Shown: piece by piece, positions 8,931-18,290 of the stretch
How positions within the stretch are numbered: position 1 is the first letter of the stretch
How the letters are laid out: each line of letters starts with the position of its first letter
Notes under the pieces: generated by a model
What the model saw: only the letters and a program-made list of their open reading frames with translations
Databases searched by the model: none
What the model was told of the DNA's origin: nothing
NCBI GenBank assembly: GCA_902477075.1
Contig: CABSFU010000006.1
Span: 757 to 64,756 of the forward strand
Length of the DNA: 64,000 nt
Reading direction: 5' to 3'
DNA from: an uncultured Bacillales bacterium
GTDB taxonomy: Bacteria > Bacillota_I > Bacilli_A > RF39 > UBA660
Position numbers and translations under genes: made by a program

Positions 8931-10586
8931 TTATTTTATTATTTTATAATAAGTAGATTCAACATCGCTTTTCAATTCCAATAATTTTTCATATTTAGTA
9001 TAATGACTTCCTTCTAATACTTTATTTAATATATCTTCTACATTTAACCAGTTTTTAATACATAATATAAATTCATTACTATTTATTAATTCATCGTTTT
9101 CTAATAATGAAAAATCATAATTATTTTCGTTTATAATTAAACTAGCTTTATAAGTTGCAAATTCTGGTAAAGAACTTAAATGGGTAAAAGAATTATCATA
9201 TACATATACAAAATAATCATCTTTATAAGTAGTAGCAATATCCATTGCTTTTTGGTAATCTTTATACAAATAAACAGGTTCGTTGTAGTAAAGTCCATTC
9301 ACAGATAATAAAAGACTAATTGTGAAAAAGATTCCTTGTTTTTTTGTAGCAAAACTAAATAAATAGGCCACTCCAACTGCTATAATTGGAAATAATAACA
9401 TAATATATCTAGAAGTATAATCTTCTCCTAAAAAAGGAGCTATTTTAGCGATAGTAAATAAATACATCATACTTGGTAAAAAGATTAAACTACAATAAAA
9501 TATTTTTTTCTGATCTATTTTTGCTTTATTTTTTAGAATTAAGATAAAATAAAGAACAAGAATGAGAAATAACAAATGTTTCATACCAAATAATTTATAA
9601 ATTTGACTAAAGTAATAAATACAGCTTTGAATGATTGGCTTTGCTACTTCTCCCCCATCCCCTAATCCACGATAAGAAAAGAAAATATGATAAATACTAG
9701 CTGGATAAAATAAAATTCCAATAACAGCCGCTATCACATGCACAAAAAAATAGCGACCTAATTTTTGGTATTCTTTTTTGGTGAATAAATATGCAGATAC
9801 AAGTAAAAAAACAAATACGATATAAATACAAAAATAATACTGTGTTAAAAAGCCAAATAAAATAGTAAAAATCCATGGATATTTTTTCTCTATTTTGAAA
9901 TCTTCTTGAACGAATTTTATGGTTAGGTAAAGGTATAAAACGCTAAAAAAAGTTAACATCATATACATACGTTGAAACATTACCGTACTAATACATCCCA
10001 TACTAGCTCCATATAAAATAATGGTTGGAATCGCCATTTTTTCAATATTTAATTTTTCCATTATTTTTTTGATGATCCATAAAGTTCCTACAAAAAAGAC
10101 TAAATTGATAGTAAATATAATGTATTTAGAAAATTGACCATAAAATATAGTGGAGACAAAATGAACTAAAAAATAAAATAATGGTGGATGAACATCTCTG
10201 GCTTGATTATAATATACAGAAAAATAATTTAATACATCACCTTTTCCAATTGTTAAATAAGTAAAGGCATCTTCTTTTTGTCTAAAAATAGGTATTTCTT
10301 TGCTCAATGTTTCATCTTTTTTTAAAGTATCATAGTGAAAGAAATAATTTTTGATATTAGTTATTTTATTTTTACTATTCCATACTTGATTATAAAATAC
10401 ATCTTGAGATGCTTCTGCATAACCATAAGGTCTATAAACATTATCATAGGGATAATTACTAGAACCATAAGAAAAAATTTCATCTTCATGAAAACCTTGC
10501 TTTTGATTAATAAAATAAAACATCAAAATACATAAAAAAAACACTGTTAAAAGAAACCATTTATTTTGACTAAACCATTTTTTCAT
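8931..10586 (-). CDS. polytopic GT-C type glycosyltransferase (ArnT/PMT-like, GT39/83-like)
   Basis: 551 aa with about 12 predicted TM helices. Acidic DE motif in the first external loop (GFHEDEIFSY) and a soluble C-terminal domain. Divergent from a GT2 polyprenyl-phosphate glycosyltransferase gene. Confidence 0.6.
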   Translation of the reverse strand: MKKWFSQNKWFLLTVFFLCILMFYFINQKQGFHEDEIFSYGSSNYPYDNVYRPYGYAEASQDVFYNQVWNSKNKITNIKNYFFHYDTLKKDETLSKEIPIFRQKEDAFTYLTIGKGDVLNYFSVYYNQARDVHPPLFYFLVHFVSTIFYGQFSKYIIFTINLVFFVGTLWIIKKIMEKLNIEKMAIPTIILYGASMGCISTVMFQRMYMMLTFFSVLYLYLTIKFVQEDFKIEKKYPWIFTILFGFLTQYYFCIYIVFVFLLVSAYLFTKKEYQKLGRYFFVHVIAAVIGILFYPASIYHIFFSYRGLGDGGEVAKPIIQSCIYYFSQIYKLFGMKHLLFLILVLYFILILKNKAKIDQKKIFYCSLIFLPSMMYLFTIAKIAPFLGEDYTSRYIMLLFPIIAVGVAYLFSFATKKQGIFFTISLLLSVNGLYYNEPVYLYKDYQKAMDIATTYKDDYFVYVYDNSFTHLSSLPEFATYKASLIINENNYDFSLLENDELINSNEFILCIKNWLNVEDILNKVLEGSHYTKYEKLLELKSDVESTYYKIIK

Positions 10587-10644
10587 ACTACCACCTTATA
10601 TAAATTATAACATATTTTTTTCAAAATGTATGACATTCTAATAT

Positions 10645-10672
10645 TTGTCAAGTATAAATTTTGTGATATAAT
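10645..10672 (+). promoter_or_regulatory. extended -10 promoter, TTGTCA-16 nt-(TGa)TATAAT
   Basis: -35 at 10645-10650 and TGATATAAT ending at 10672, upstream of the GT2 gene. Confidence 0.45.
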
Positions 10673-10753
10673 AATGCACGATGAAAAGACACGAAATATT
10701 CAAAATTTAAAAAAATTGAATATAATGTGTTATAATAAGCAAGAGGTGTTTTT

Positions 10754-11695
10754 ATGATTAGTATTATTGTTCCTTGCTTTAATGAAGAAGAAGCATTACC
10801 TATTTATTATTGTGAAATGAAAAAAATAATTAAAAAAATGAAAGATGTGCCATTTGAATTGATTTTCATCAATGATGGTTCTACTGATAAAACATTGCAT
10901 TTATTAAGAGAAATGGCAAAACAAGATCCGATGGTTAGATATATTTCTTTTTCTAGAAACTTTGGAAAAGAAGCAGGTATTTTAGCAGGTTTAAAAGCAG
11001 CAAATGGCGATTATGTTGCCATGATGGATGTCGATTTACAAGATCTACCTGAATTATTGATTGAAATGTATGAAGAACTTGAGAAGAAAGAATATGATTG
11101 CATAGCTACTAGAAGTGTTTCCAGAAATGGTTACTCCCCTATTCGTAAATTTTTTACAAAATGTTATTATAAACTCATTAATAAAATAAGCAGAACAGAA
11201 ATTGTAGATGGAGCTCGTGATTTCCGATTAATGACAAGACAAATGGTCAATGCCATTTTAGAACTAGGTGAATACAATCGTTACTCTAAAGGTATTTTTT
11301 CATGGGTTGGATTTTCGACAAAATGGATTACTTTTGAAAATAGTGAAAGAAGTGCTGGTACAACCAAATGGAATTTTTGGAAATTATTTGCTTATTCTAT
11401 GGAAAGTATTATAGGATTCTCAACAATGCCACTTTTAATATCTTCAATTGTTGGATGTGTTTTTTGTCTTATTTCCTTCATTATGATCTTAGTTATTATT
11501 GCAAAAACATTGATTTTTAGTGACCCTGTTGCAGGATGGCCAAGTATGGTTTGCATCATTTTTATGGTAAGTGGCATTCAACTGTTCTGTCTAGGTATTA
11601 TGGGGCAATATTTATCAAAAACATATTTAGAAGTTAAAAAAAGACCAATATATATTGTAAAAGAAACGGAAAAAGATATAGAAAAAAAAGCTTAA
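10754..11695 (+). CDS. GT2 polyprenyl-phosphate glycosyltransferase (GtrB/CsbB-like)
   Basis: ISIIVPCFNEEE, INDGSTDKT and MDVDLQD (DxD) motifs, plus two C-terminal TM helices as in GtrB/CsbB. Confidence 0.8.
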   Translation: MISIIVPCFNEEEALPIYYCEMKKIIKKMKDVPFELIFINDGSTDKTLHLLREMAKQDPMVRYISFSRNFGKEAGILAGLKAANGDYVAMMDVDLQDLPELLIEMYEELEKKEYDCIATRSVSRNGYSPIRKFFTKCYYKLINKISRTEIVDGARDFRLMTRQMVNAILELGEYNRYSKGIFSWVGFSTKWITFENSERSAGTTKWNFWKLFAYSMESIIGFSTMPLLISSIVGCVFCLISFIMILVIIAKTLIFSDPVAGWPSMVCIIFMVSGIQLFCLGIMGQYLSKTYLEVKKRPIYIVKETEKDIEKKA

Positions 11696-12546
11696 TATAA
11701 AGCTTTTTTTAATTGTTCAATATTTTGATTAAATAAAGTAATATAATCTTCTTTGTTTGCTTTTTCCTTATCTGTTAAATTAGATAATTTATGGATTGTT
11801 AATAATTCGGCTTTTGTTTTATCTACTACTCTATTGACAACATCTGATGAATTGTTAGCATCTAAAGTTAAAATATACTTATTGCTCATTTTATTCAAAT
11901 GATTAATGGCATCACTTATCATTTTATCTGTTACTGTATTACTATCTAATGAAATGATATTAAAACCATATTTTTCTAAGAATGTCAAAGTATTAGTATC
12001 TGTGATAATAGTAGTAGTAGTTGCATTTTCATATAACAATTTTAATTTTGCATCTAAATTAGATATTTTAATTTTTAAATTCTCATAATTTTCTTCAATA
12101 CTGTTTTTTAAATAATGATTTGTAATATAATCATTCAAACCGTTTTTAATATTTAGAGCCATCATTAAGAAATTTGAAGGATCTAGCCATATTTCCTCTA
12201 CTGAATTGCTATATTCTATTGTACTAGAAGCATCAATAATCATTAAATTATGATTATTATTTACCATATCAATCACATAATCTTTTTCTTTTGTAAGTCC
12301 ATTAAAAATGTACATATCTGCTTTACTGTAATCTCTAATTTGTTTTTCAGTTAAAGAATAATTATTGATATCTACTCCATTTGGATAAATACTTTTGATT
12401 ATACTATGTTCTCCATATAAATTGTCCACAATATATTCAATTGGATAAGAAGTACTATAAATAGTAATATCTTCTAGATTATCTCTTTTAAAGCAGCCCG
12501 TTACTAGTAACAAAGATAAACATAATATTAATTTTACTTTCTTCAT
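11692..12546 (-). CDS. lipoprotein, ZnuA/TroA-like solute-binding fold, metal ligands not conserved
   Basis: Lipobox LLVTGC. Family pattern present (ADMYIFNG...EEIWLDPSN...ENYENL...LD), but the usual DPHxYE and DPHxW histidines are replaced. Confidence 0.55.
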   Translation of the reverse strand: MKKVKLILCLSLLLVTGCFKRDNLEDITIYSTSYPIEYIVDNLYGEHSIIKSIYPNGVDINNYSLTEKQIRDYSKADMYIFNGLTKEKDYVIDMVNNNHNLMIIDASSTIEYSNSVEEIWLDPSNFLMMALNIKNGLNDYITNHYLKNSIEENYENLKIKISNLDAKLKLLYENATTTTIITDTNTLTFLEKYGFNIISLDSNTVTDKMISDAINHLNKMSNKYILTLDANNSSDVVNRVVDKTKAELLTIHKLSNLTDKEKANKEDYITLFNQNIEQLKKALY

Positions 12547-12767
12547 GATTTTTTCTTCCTTTCAGGTACTAAATCAATACCGCCTTTTGACAAAGGATTA
12601 CATTTTAATAATCTTTTTATCGTATAATAAGTTCCTTTTATAAAACCGTGTTTTTGAAAAGCTTCTAATGCATAATTGGAACAAGTTGGAATATATTTAC
12701 AATTTTGATGAAAAGAACCTGGTATCTTTTGATAACATTTTATGAAATAAATGGCAATCTTTTTCAT
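12543..12767 (-). CDS. yidD: membrane protein insertion efficiency factor YidD
   Basis: 74 aa. [36 protein letters not shown] is the YidD signature. Confidence 0.85.
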   Translation of the reverse strand: MKKIAIYFIKCYQKIPGSFHQNCKYIPTCSNYALEAFQKHGFIKGTYYTIKRLLKCNPLSKGGIDLVPERKKKS

Positions 12768-13495
12768 CCATTACAAGTATGTTCTAATTCATTATCATGA
12801 TAGAAGATAGGAGCATTTTGTAAAGCTTTTTTTTGTTCTTCTGTAAAATCGGTAAAAGTATTCATATCAAATGTTACTTTCATTTCAAAATAAGATTCAT
12901 TTTTATCGATTTGAGAAGTAATGCCGCTTTGATATTTTAAACGATTATTCAAACTATCATAATTATTCATTTGAATTTGAAAACCAGCTAAATCCGATTT
13001 ATTTTTACCAGAAATAAAATCAATTTGTTTGACTAGTTGATTATTTACATAATAAAGGGTTCTATCATCTTTTAATGTATAACGTACAGCAGAAGCATCT
13101 TTTGTACAGGTATTAATTTGATATGATGTTGTATTGTACGCTTGACAGGTTTCTCCCTTTTCTAATAATTCTGCTGTATATTTTTGATTAACATTCATTT
13201 TAATTTGAACAATACGATTAGATAACGTTTCGTCTATTTCAAAAGGAATTAAATTTTTATCTACTAGTGTCTGTAAAAAAACACATGCACTTTGTCCTTC
13301 TTTAAAGGGATAATCATTAATATTTGATTTAGCATAATTAATTGCTGCTGAAGAAATTAATTCTATTTTTTCATTTTCTCTTTCTTCTTCTTTATCATTA
13401 AAAATTTTAAATAATGCTGGATAAGCAACAGCCGTAATTAAAGCTAATAAAACTGTTACTCCTAATAGTTCTGCTAAAGTAAAACCTTTTTTCAT
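12764..13495 (-). CDS. prepilin-type N-terminal cleavage/methylation domain protein (pseudopilin-like)
   Basis: The ATG at 13495 follows a GGTGAG RBS. N-terminus [20 protein letters not shown] is a class III signal (G/F...E+5). No family recognised for the C-terminal domain. Confidence 0.75.
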   Translation of the reverse strand: MKKGFTLAELLGVTVLLALITAVAYPALFKIFNDKEEERENEKIELISSAAINYAKSNINDYPFKEGQSACVFLQTLVDKNLIPFEIDETLSNRIVQIKMNVNQKYTAELLEKGETCQAYNTTSYQINTCTKDASAVRYTLKDDRTLYYVNNQLVKQIDFISGKNKSDLAGFQIQMNNYDSLNNRLKYQSGITSQIDKNESYFEMKVTFDMNTFTDFTEEQKKALQNAPIFYHDNELEHTCNG

Positions 13496-13541
13496 ATTCT
13501 CACCATTTTTATTATACATAAATTTTCTTTCTATTGTCAAA

Positions 13542-14288
13542 CTATTCAAAGAAAAGTGTTAACAAGAAAATAGCAATTCCTGAAAGAAGTCCTAATATTG
13601 TTATTTTTTTATTTTTAATTGTTTTTATTTCTGGTATTAATTCAAAGAAAACAATATAAATAATCATTCCTACTGTAATGGATAATAAAATACCTCTAAT
13701 GACATCATTAATAACACCCGATAGTAGGAACATTAAAATACCTCCTACCATAGTAGATAGAACAATAGGAAGCATAATAAGAAGTGTTTTCTTTTTATTA
13801 TTGTTAAATTTATATAAAGTAGATGTAATCATAATACCAAGGGGAATATTATGAAGACTAATTCCAATTGCTAGTAAAAGTCCCAAGTTATGATTAGTCA
13901 TAGCTGTACTATAAATAGCCATTCCCTCAATTAAATTATGTAAAATTAAAGCAATACTAGATACCATTCCAATATGAAATAAATTTTCATTGCTTACGTG
14001 TTCTTCATGATCATGATCTGGTATAAACAAATCTAAAATTTTTAGTAAGAAAATACCAATTAAAGATAGCATAATTACAATGATAATATTGGTTAAAAAC
14101 GGAAACGTTTCACTTAATAAAGAAAGGGCTTCTGGGATAATCTCAAATAATAATAATGTAATCATTACGCCAGTTGCCATACTAATAGAAAAATTCGTTA
14201 ATTTTTGGTTATTTTTTAAAAGAAATACAATAAAGGTACCTATTAAAATAGAGATACCTGCTAACAGTGTCATTCCTATTCCAAACAT
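13542..14288 (-). CDS. zupT: ZIP-family divalent metal (zinc) transporter
   Basis: Polytopic. His-rich loop PDHDHEEH and LHNLIEGMAI / SLHNIPLG motifs. AGGAGG RBS before the ATG at 14288. Confidence 0.8.
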   Translation of the reverse strand: MFGIGMTLLAGISILIGTFIVFLLKNNQKLTNFSISMATGVMITLLLFEIIPEALSLLSETFPFLTNIIIVIMLSLIGIFLLKILDLFIPDHDHEEHVSNENLFHIGMVSSIALILHNLIEGMAIYSTAMTNHNLGLLLAIGISLHNIPLGIMITSTLYKFNNNKKKTLLIMLPIVLSTMVGGILMFLLSGVINDVIRGILLSITVGMIIYIVFFELIPEIKTIKNKKITILGLLSGIAIFLLTLFFE

Positions 14289-14289
14289 A

Positions 14290-16260
14290 TTATTCCTCCT
14301 GTGGAAGTAAATCGTCAATCGTTACTTCTTTTTCAGTTTCTTTTTTATCATCTGTTTTAGAGTCTGTTTTCTCTTTTTTTTCTGAATTTGTTTTATTTTC
14401 TGCTTTATCATCTACTTTTGGTTCTTTTTTCACTGTTTCTTCTTTTGCTTTTTTAATAGTTAAAATCAAAGAAGATACCTTAGAAGCTAAAGTTCCAGGA
14501 CTATAGTTTTGTTTGATTACAGTACCAACAATTCCAGCGGATTCTGTATCATAAACATAACTTACTTTAATACCTAATCTAGCAGCTGTTTTACCAGATT
14601 GATACTTACTGTCACCAGTGAAATCAGGGATTACTTTATAATCTGGTAATTGACTATAATTACCCTTTCCAATTACTTTTTCTTCATATTTTTCTTGACT
14701 GTCAAAAGAGAAAGTTTTAATCGTTTCTTTTTCTTTTAATCCTAAATTTTCTTTCATAGCATTTGATACTTCTGATACAGATTCATTATATAAAACATAG
14801 TCATATAAACTAAGATGAGAAGATGCATCATAGATATAAGCGTCTACTCCACTCAAATATAGTCTTTGCATACTAATTAACTCATCTACATTTCCAGACG
14901 CTTTGGTTAGAACATCTTTTCCAATATTATATAAAGACAATATTTCTGTTTTTGACATATTGGTTTCTAGGTTGTTACTGATTGTATCTAATAAACTTGT
15001 AACAGTATTAAAATCAGCTGTCGATTTTAATTTATTTAAAATAGCTTTTAAAACTTCTTGTTGATGTTGTCCTCTTACAAAATCGTTACTAACATAATTA
15101 GTCCATTTACTAGAACAATAACTAGGATTTGGATGCCTATTTCTCGCAAATGCTAATGCTTGTTCACCATTGATTGTTTGTAATCCTGCTTCTACATAGA
15201 TAGTATTGCGTCCCCATTCTCTATTACTGTTTTGCTCACAGAAAGCATATGGAATATCGACATCAATTCCACCTATAGTATCTACTAATTTTACAACACC
15301 TTTAAAATTAACCTTTACATAATAATCAATTTTTACATCTAAAAAGTTTTGAATGGTATCTATCATACAACTTTCTCCATACCAAGCAGCATGTGTAATT
15401 TTATTCCTTTTTTGATTTGGAAAACAAGCAATTGGTACATAAGAATCCCTTGGAATACTTAATATGGTTGTGCTTAAAGTTTTAGGATTAAAGGTGATTA
15501 ACATTAGAGCATCTCCATTAAATGCAGCACCATTAATATCTTCTGCCTCTGAATCTACACCCATTAATAGGATGGTAAATGGTTCTGTCAATGATTTATT
15601 AGAAGATTGATTGGTAATTTCTTTTGTTTTGGTATAAATAATTTTTGTATCTTTTTCTAAATCTAAATTTAAACCATCTACATTTTGAAATCTTAAAACA
15701 TAATTACTAGGTAAGAAAATATATTTTACTTCTCCAGATGCTAAAGCCTTGATTAAAGAAAAGTAGTCATCATATTCTTTTAAATTGTTTATTTTATTCT
15801 CACTAGCAATTTCTTTTGCAATTTCTGTTTCACTAGTGTTAGAGGAATTAGATAGAATTCCTACTTTATCATTAATATTTTTTATATTTTCATTTGTTTC
15901 TTCTTTTTGAGTTACAATACTTACAGAATATATTGTTTTATCTGATGTTAAATTGTTTAATGTATTTAACGTATTTTGAATAAAATTAGAAATTAAAATT
16001 AATAAAATGGAATATATTATTAATAGAACTGTATATATAACAAATCTTTTTGTTTTCTTTTTGTAATTGATGTAATAACGTAATGAAATACAAATAAACA
16101 AAAGTATTAAAATAAAAATAACAACAATTCGTATTAAGGTTTCAATTCCTACTAAGCATAGTAAAGAATAAATAAAATATCCATTAGTAAATAATAACAA
16201 TAATAACATAACTAATAGGATTAATAATCTATAATTAAATCTTTTTACTTTATTTTTCAT
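14290..16260 (-). CDS. LytR-CpsA-Psr (LCP) family cell-wall polymer ligase with PASTA-like domain and K/E-rich tail
   Basis: N-terminal TM segments. LCP core (FTILLMGVDS...GDALMLITFNP...ILSIPRDSYV...FARNRH). C-terminal PASTA-like segment and a lysine/glutamate-rich tail. Confidence 0.85.
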   Translation of the reverse strand: MKNKVKRFNYRLLILLVMLLLLLFTNGYFIYSLLCLVGIETLIRIVVIFILILLFICISLRYYINYKKKTKRFVIYTVLLIIYSILLILISNFIQNTLNTLNNLTSDKTIYSVSIVTQKEETNENIKNINDKVGILSNSSNTSETEIAKEIASENKINNLKEYDDYFSLIKALASGEVKYIFLPSNYVLRFQNVDGLNLDLEKDTKIIYTKTKEITNQSSNKSLTEPFTILLMGVDSEAEDINGAAFNGDALMLITFNPKTLSTTILSIPRDSYVPIACFPNQKRNKITHAAWYGESCMIDTIQNFLDVKIDYYVKVNFKGVVKLVDTIGGIDVDIPYAFCEQNSNREWGRNTIYVEAGLQTINGEQALAFARNRHPNPSYCSSKWTNYVSNDFVRGQHQQEVLKAILNKLKSTADFNTVTSLLDTISNNLETNMSKTEILSLYNIGKDVLTKASGNVDELISMQRLYLSGVDAYIYDASSHLSLYDYVLYNESVSEVSNAMKENLGLKEKETIKTFSFDSQEKYEEKVIGKGNYSQLPDYKVIPDFTGDSKYQSGKTAARLGIKVSYVYDTESAGIVGTVIKQNYSPGTLASKVSSLILTIKKAKEETVKKEPKVDDKAENKTNSEKKEKTDSKTDDKKETEKEVTIDDLLPQEE

Positions 16261-16380
16261 AACAACCTCCGAGTACTATATCATTATAACCTTTTTTCTA
16301 AATATTCACAATATTCAACAATTATTTTTTCCATATTTCAAATTTTTTTACACGTATTTTTATTTTTTTAATAAAATATA

Positions 16381-16409
16381 TTGTCAGATGAAATTATTTT
16401 TGTTATAAT
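16381..16409 (+). promoter_or_regulatory. promoter for the tRNA-Cys/tRNA-Gly pair, TTGTCA-17 nt-(TGt)TATAAT
   Basis: -35 at 16381-16386 and extended -10 TGTTATAAT ending at 16409, 14 nt before tRNA-Cys. Confidence 0.6.
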
Positions 16410-16422
16410 TAAATCACGTTTT

Positions 16423-16496
16423 GGGTCTATAGCCAAGTGGTAAGGCGTGGGACTGCAACTCCCTGATCGTTGGTTCAAATCCGACTAGGCCCTCCA
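16423..16496 (+). tRNA. tRNA-Cys (anticodon GCA), encoded CCA
   Basis: Acceptor GGGTCTA/TAGGCCC (one G-U pair), anticodon loop CTGCAAC and T-loop TTCAAAT. Confidence 0.9.
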
Positions 16497-16502
16497 AAAA
16501 AT

Positions 16503-16576
16503 GCAGGTGTGGTTCAATGGTAGAATGCGACCTTGCCAAGGTTGAGACGCGAGTCCGATTCTCGTCACTTGCTCCA
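16503..16576 (+). tRNA. tRNA-Gly (anticodon GCC), encoded CCA, non-canonical T-loop TCCGATT
   Basis: Acceptor GCAGGTG/CACTTGC, anticodon stem-loop CGACC-TTGCCAA-GGTTG and a 4-nt variable loop. Position 55 of the T-loop is C rather than T. Confidence 0.85.
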
Positions 16577-16577
16577 T
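16571..16577 (+). repeat. direct repeat copy 1 (GCTCCAT): tRNA-Gly 3' end, attL-like junction
   Basis: The same heptamer recurs inside CGCTCCAT at 20911-20918 and 26987-26994, each followed by a homologous module. Confidence 0.65.
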
Positions 16578-16587
16578 AAGGAAATAC

Positions 16588-16610
16588 GCTCGAACTTTTC
16601 GAGCTTTTTT
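16588..16610 (+). terminator. rho-independent terminator after tRNA-Gly
   Basis: Stem GCTCGAA / TTCGAGC followed by TTTTTT. Confidence 0.7.
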
Positions 16611-16713
16611 AATACAACTAACTCAATTTGGGTTAGTTTTTTTGTGTACCTGCTTCAACGCGCAAAGTTTGGAAGTCATACAAAGACTATCCTACAAAGA
16701 AAGGATGGTATTT

Positions 16714-16947
16714 ATGGTAAATATTATTAAGCAAGAAGTTGTTATTGAAGAATCATTAAAAAAGAAGTTAGAACTAATATGTGAGTTTTCAAATACTACT
16801 CTAAAAATCATAAATGGTAGTATAAGAAAAATTGATAGAACTAACTTAACCTATGTTGAACCACATAGAATAATAATTAATGATATAACATTCTTGCTTT
16901 TAATTATTCTAATGAGATATTTATTGAAAACCTATCTAATAAAATAA
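16714..16947 (+). CDS. conserved IME left-end small ORF (MVNIIK...), frame-shifted relative to the unit 2 homolog
   Basis: Aligns with the 21008-21289 product (NIIK, L.YV[ED]PH+..IN..TFL). After TFLL the homology (..NLS..KLSELEEY) continues in another frame. Confidence 0.5.
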   Translation: MVNIIKQEVVIEESLKKKLELICEFSNTTLKIINGSIRKIDRTNLTYVEPHRIIINDITFLLLIILMRYLLKTYLIK

Positions 16948-17086
16948 AACTATCGGAATTAGAAGAATATTTAATTTATTTAATAAAAAAGAAATTGAAA
17001 AAGCAACTAAACATATTAATGATGAAATGAATGAAGCTGCTGAAGAATTTTATAAAACGAAAAAAGACGATGGCTTAGAAAGATAA
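16943..17086 (+). pseudogene. remnant of the MobV relaxase 3' end
   Basis: Reads ..FNLFNKKEIEKATKHINDEMNEAAEEFYKTKKDDGLER*. This parallels the relaxase C-terminus FNLFNKKEIEKATKNINNEMDEYAEDFYDDKKDKEKGDGFEL* of unit 2. Confidence 0.7.
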
Positions 17087-17100
17087 GTCATCGTTTTAAA

Positions 17101-18009
17101 TTAATTAATTTTTTTACCTTTTTCATTCATAAAAGAAAGTAGTTCAGAATCTGGTTTTGATGATAATTTACCAATTAAAATATCTTTAAATTTTTCTATT
17201 ACACTTTCATTACATTTATCAACTAACTCTGGTGTTGAACAATCATATTTAGTTATAAAATCACAGAATTCATCTACTGAAACAATTATATTTTTTTCTC
17301 TACATTCAAACATATAATCCCATAACATTTTAGTAACAAAATAATTATAAGAACTATCTTGATCAGGTAAGATTGATATACCATGTTCATCTCTTGGAAT
17401 AAATAAATTAGGTATATCAAAAGAACTTGTTATTTCAGGATTTTCATCCAAGAAGTTTAAAAATTCTTCATAATGTTCTTTATTAGCAAATCTCAAAACA
17501 ATTGCATCATTTGCTGGAAATTTTCTGAATTTACATTCTCCAATTTCTTCATCAGGATGATTTTTATAAAGTCTATCTATAAATTCTTGAAGTTTAATCA
17601 TCACTTCAATATACTTTTCTGGTTTTATTGATAAGTAAGCTTTACAAAAAACATTTTTAGTATTTTTTATTGAATAGATAAAATCATCATTTTTAACCAT
17701 ATTAGTAGATGCCCTAAACCAATTAAATGAAACACTCTCTCGTCTTTCAAAAGCTCTTTTTAAACTTTCTTCATCATTTCTTGATGGAGAATATCCTCCT
17801 GGTCTTCTAATACCAAATACATTAGCACGATCAAAGAAGTCATCAAATACCAATAAATCATATTTTAAACTTCTATTTTTTGATAAATCATATTGATTAG
17901 TAATGATTTTATATAATTCATAAAATTCTTTATCATTTTCTGCAGTATCTTTATTTGTAAAGTTATTGCTAATAAAGAATTCATAATATTTATTTAAAAT
18001 CTCTTGCAT
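17101..18009 (-). CDS. hypothetical protein, 302 aa (unit 1 cargo, third gene)
   Basis: Intact ORF, last gene of the helicase operon. No TM segment and no motif I can assign with confidence. Confidence 0.7.
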   Translation of the reverse strand: MQEILNKYYEFFISNNFTNKDTAENDKEFYELYKIITNQYDLSKNRSLKYDLLVFDDFFDRANVFGIRRPGGYSPSRNDEESLKRAFERRESVSFNWFRASTNMVKNDDFIYSIKNTKNVFCKAYLSIKPEKYIEVMIKLQEFIDRLYKNHPDEEIGECKFRKFPANDAIVLRFANKEHYEEFLNFLDENPEITSSFDIPNLFIPRDEHGISILPDQDSSYNYFVTKMLWDYMFECREKNIIVSVDEFCDFITKYDCSTPELVDKCNESVIEKFKDILIGKLSSKPDSELLSFMNEKGKKIN

Positions 18010-18023
18010 ATATTTTTACCTCG

Positions 18024-18290
18024 CTATTTAATATTCTTTTCCCATATTTTTCTTACAGCTTTTAAAGATAATGTTGATAAAGTAAAACCAATTACAGGAA
18101 CAAGTGATGTTAATAATACATAATTATATTCTCTAATTAAATATGAATAAGTAATAACAATAATATAAGTTAAAATTATAATACATATCTTTCTAGTCCA
18201 ACTTGTTTCCCAAGATTTATCTAATTCGACTCTTTTATTTCTTTCTTCTATTTTTTTAATTCTTTCTTCTAAATCCATTTGAATCTCCAT
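18024..18290 (-). CDS. small membrane protein: N-terminal coiled coil plus two TM helices (unit 1 cargo)
   Basis: 88 aa. EERIKKIEERNKRVELDKSWETSWTRK is followed by two hydrophobic helices. The start overlaps the helicase 3' end by about 35 nt. GGTGG RBS. Confidence 0.65.
   Translation of the reverse strand: MEIQMDLEERIKKIEERNKRVELDKSWETSWTRKICIIILTYIIVITYSYLIREYNYVLLTSLVPVIGFTLSTLSLKAVRKIWEKNIK

Noticed and set aside
16533-16730. 65-aa ORF overlapping tRNA-Gly
   Set aside because: It starts inside the tRNA gene and crosses its terminator, so it is an artefact of ORF calling.
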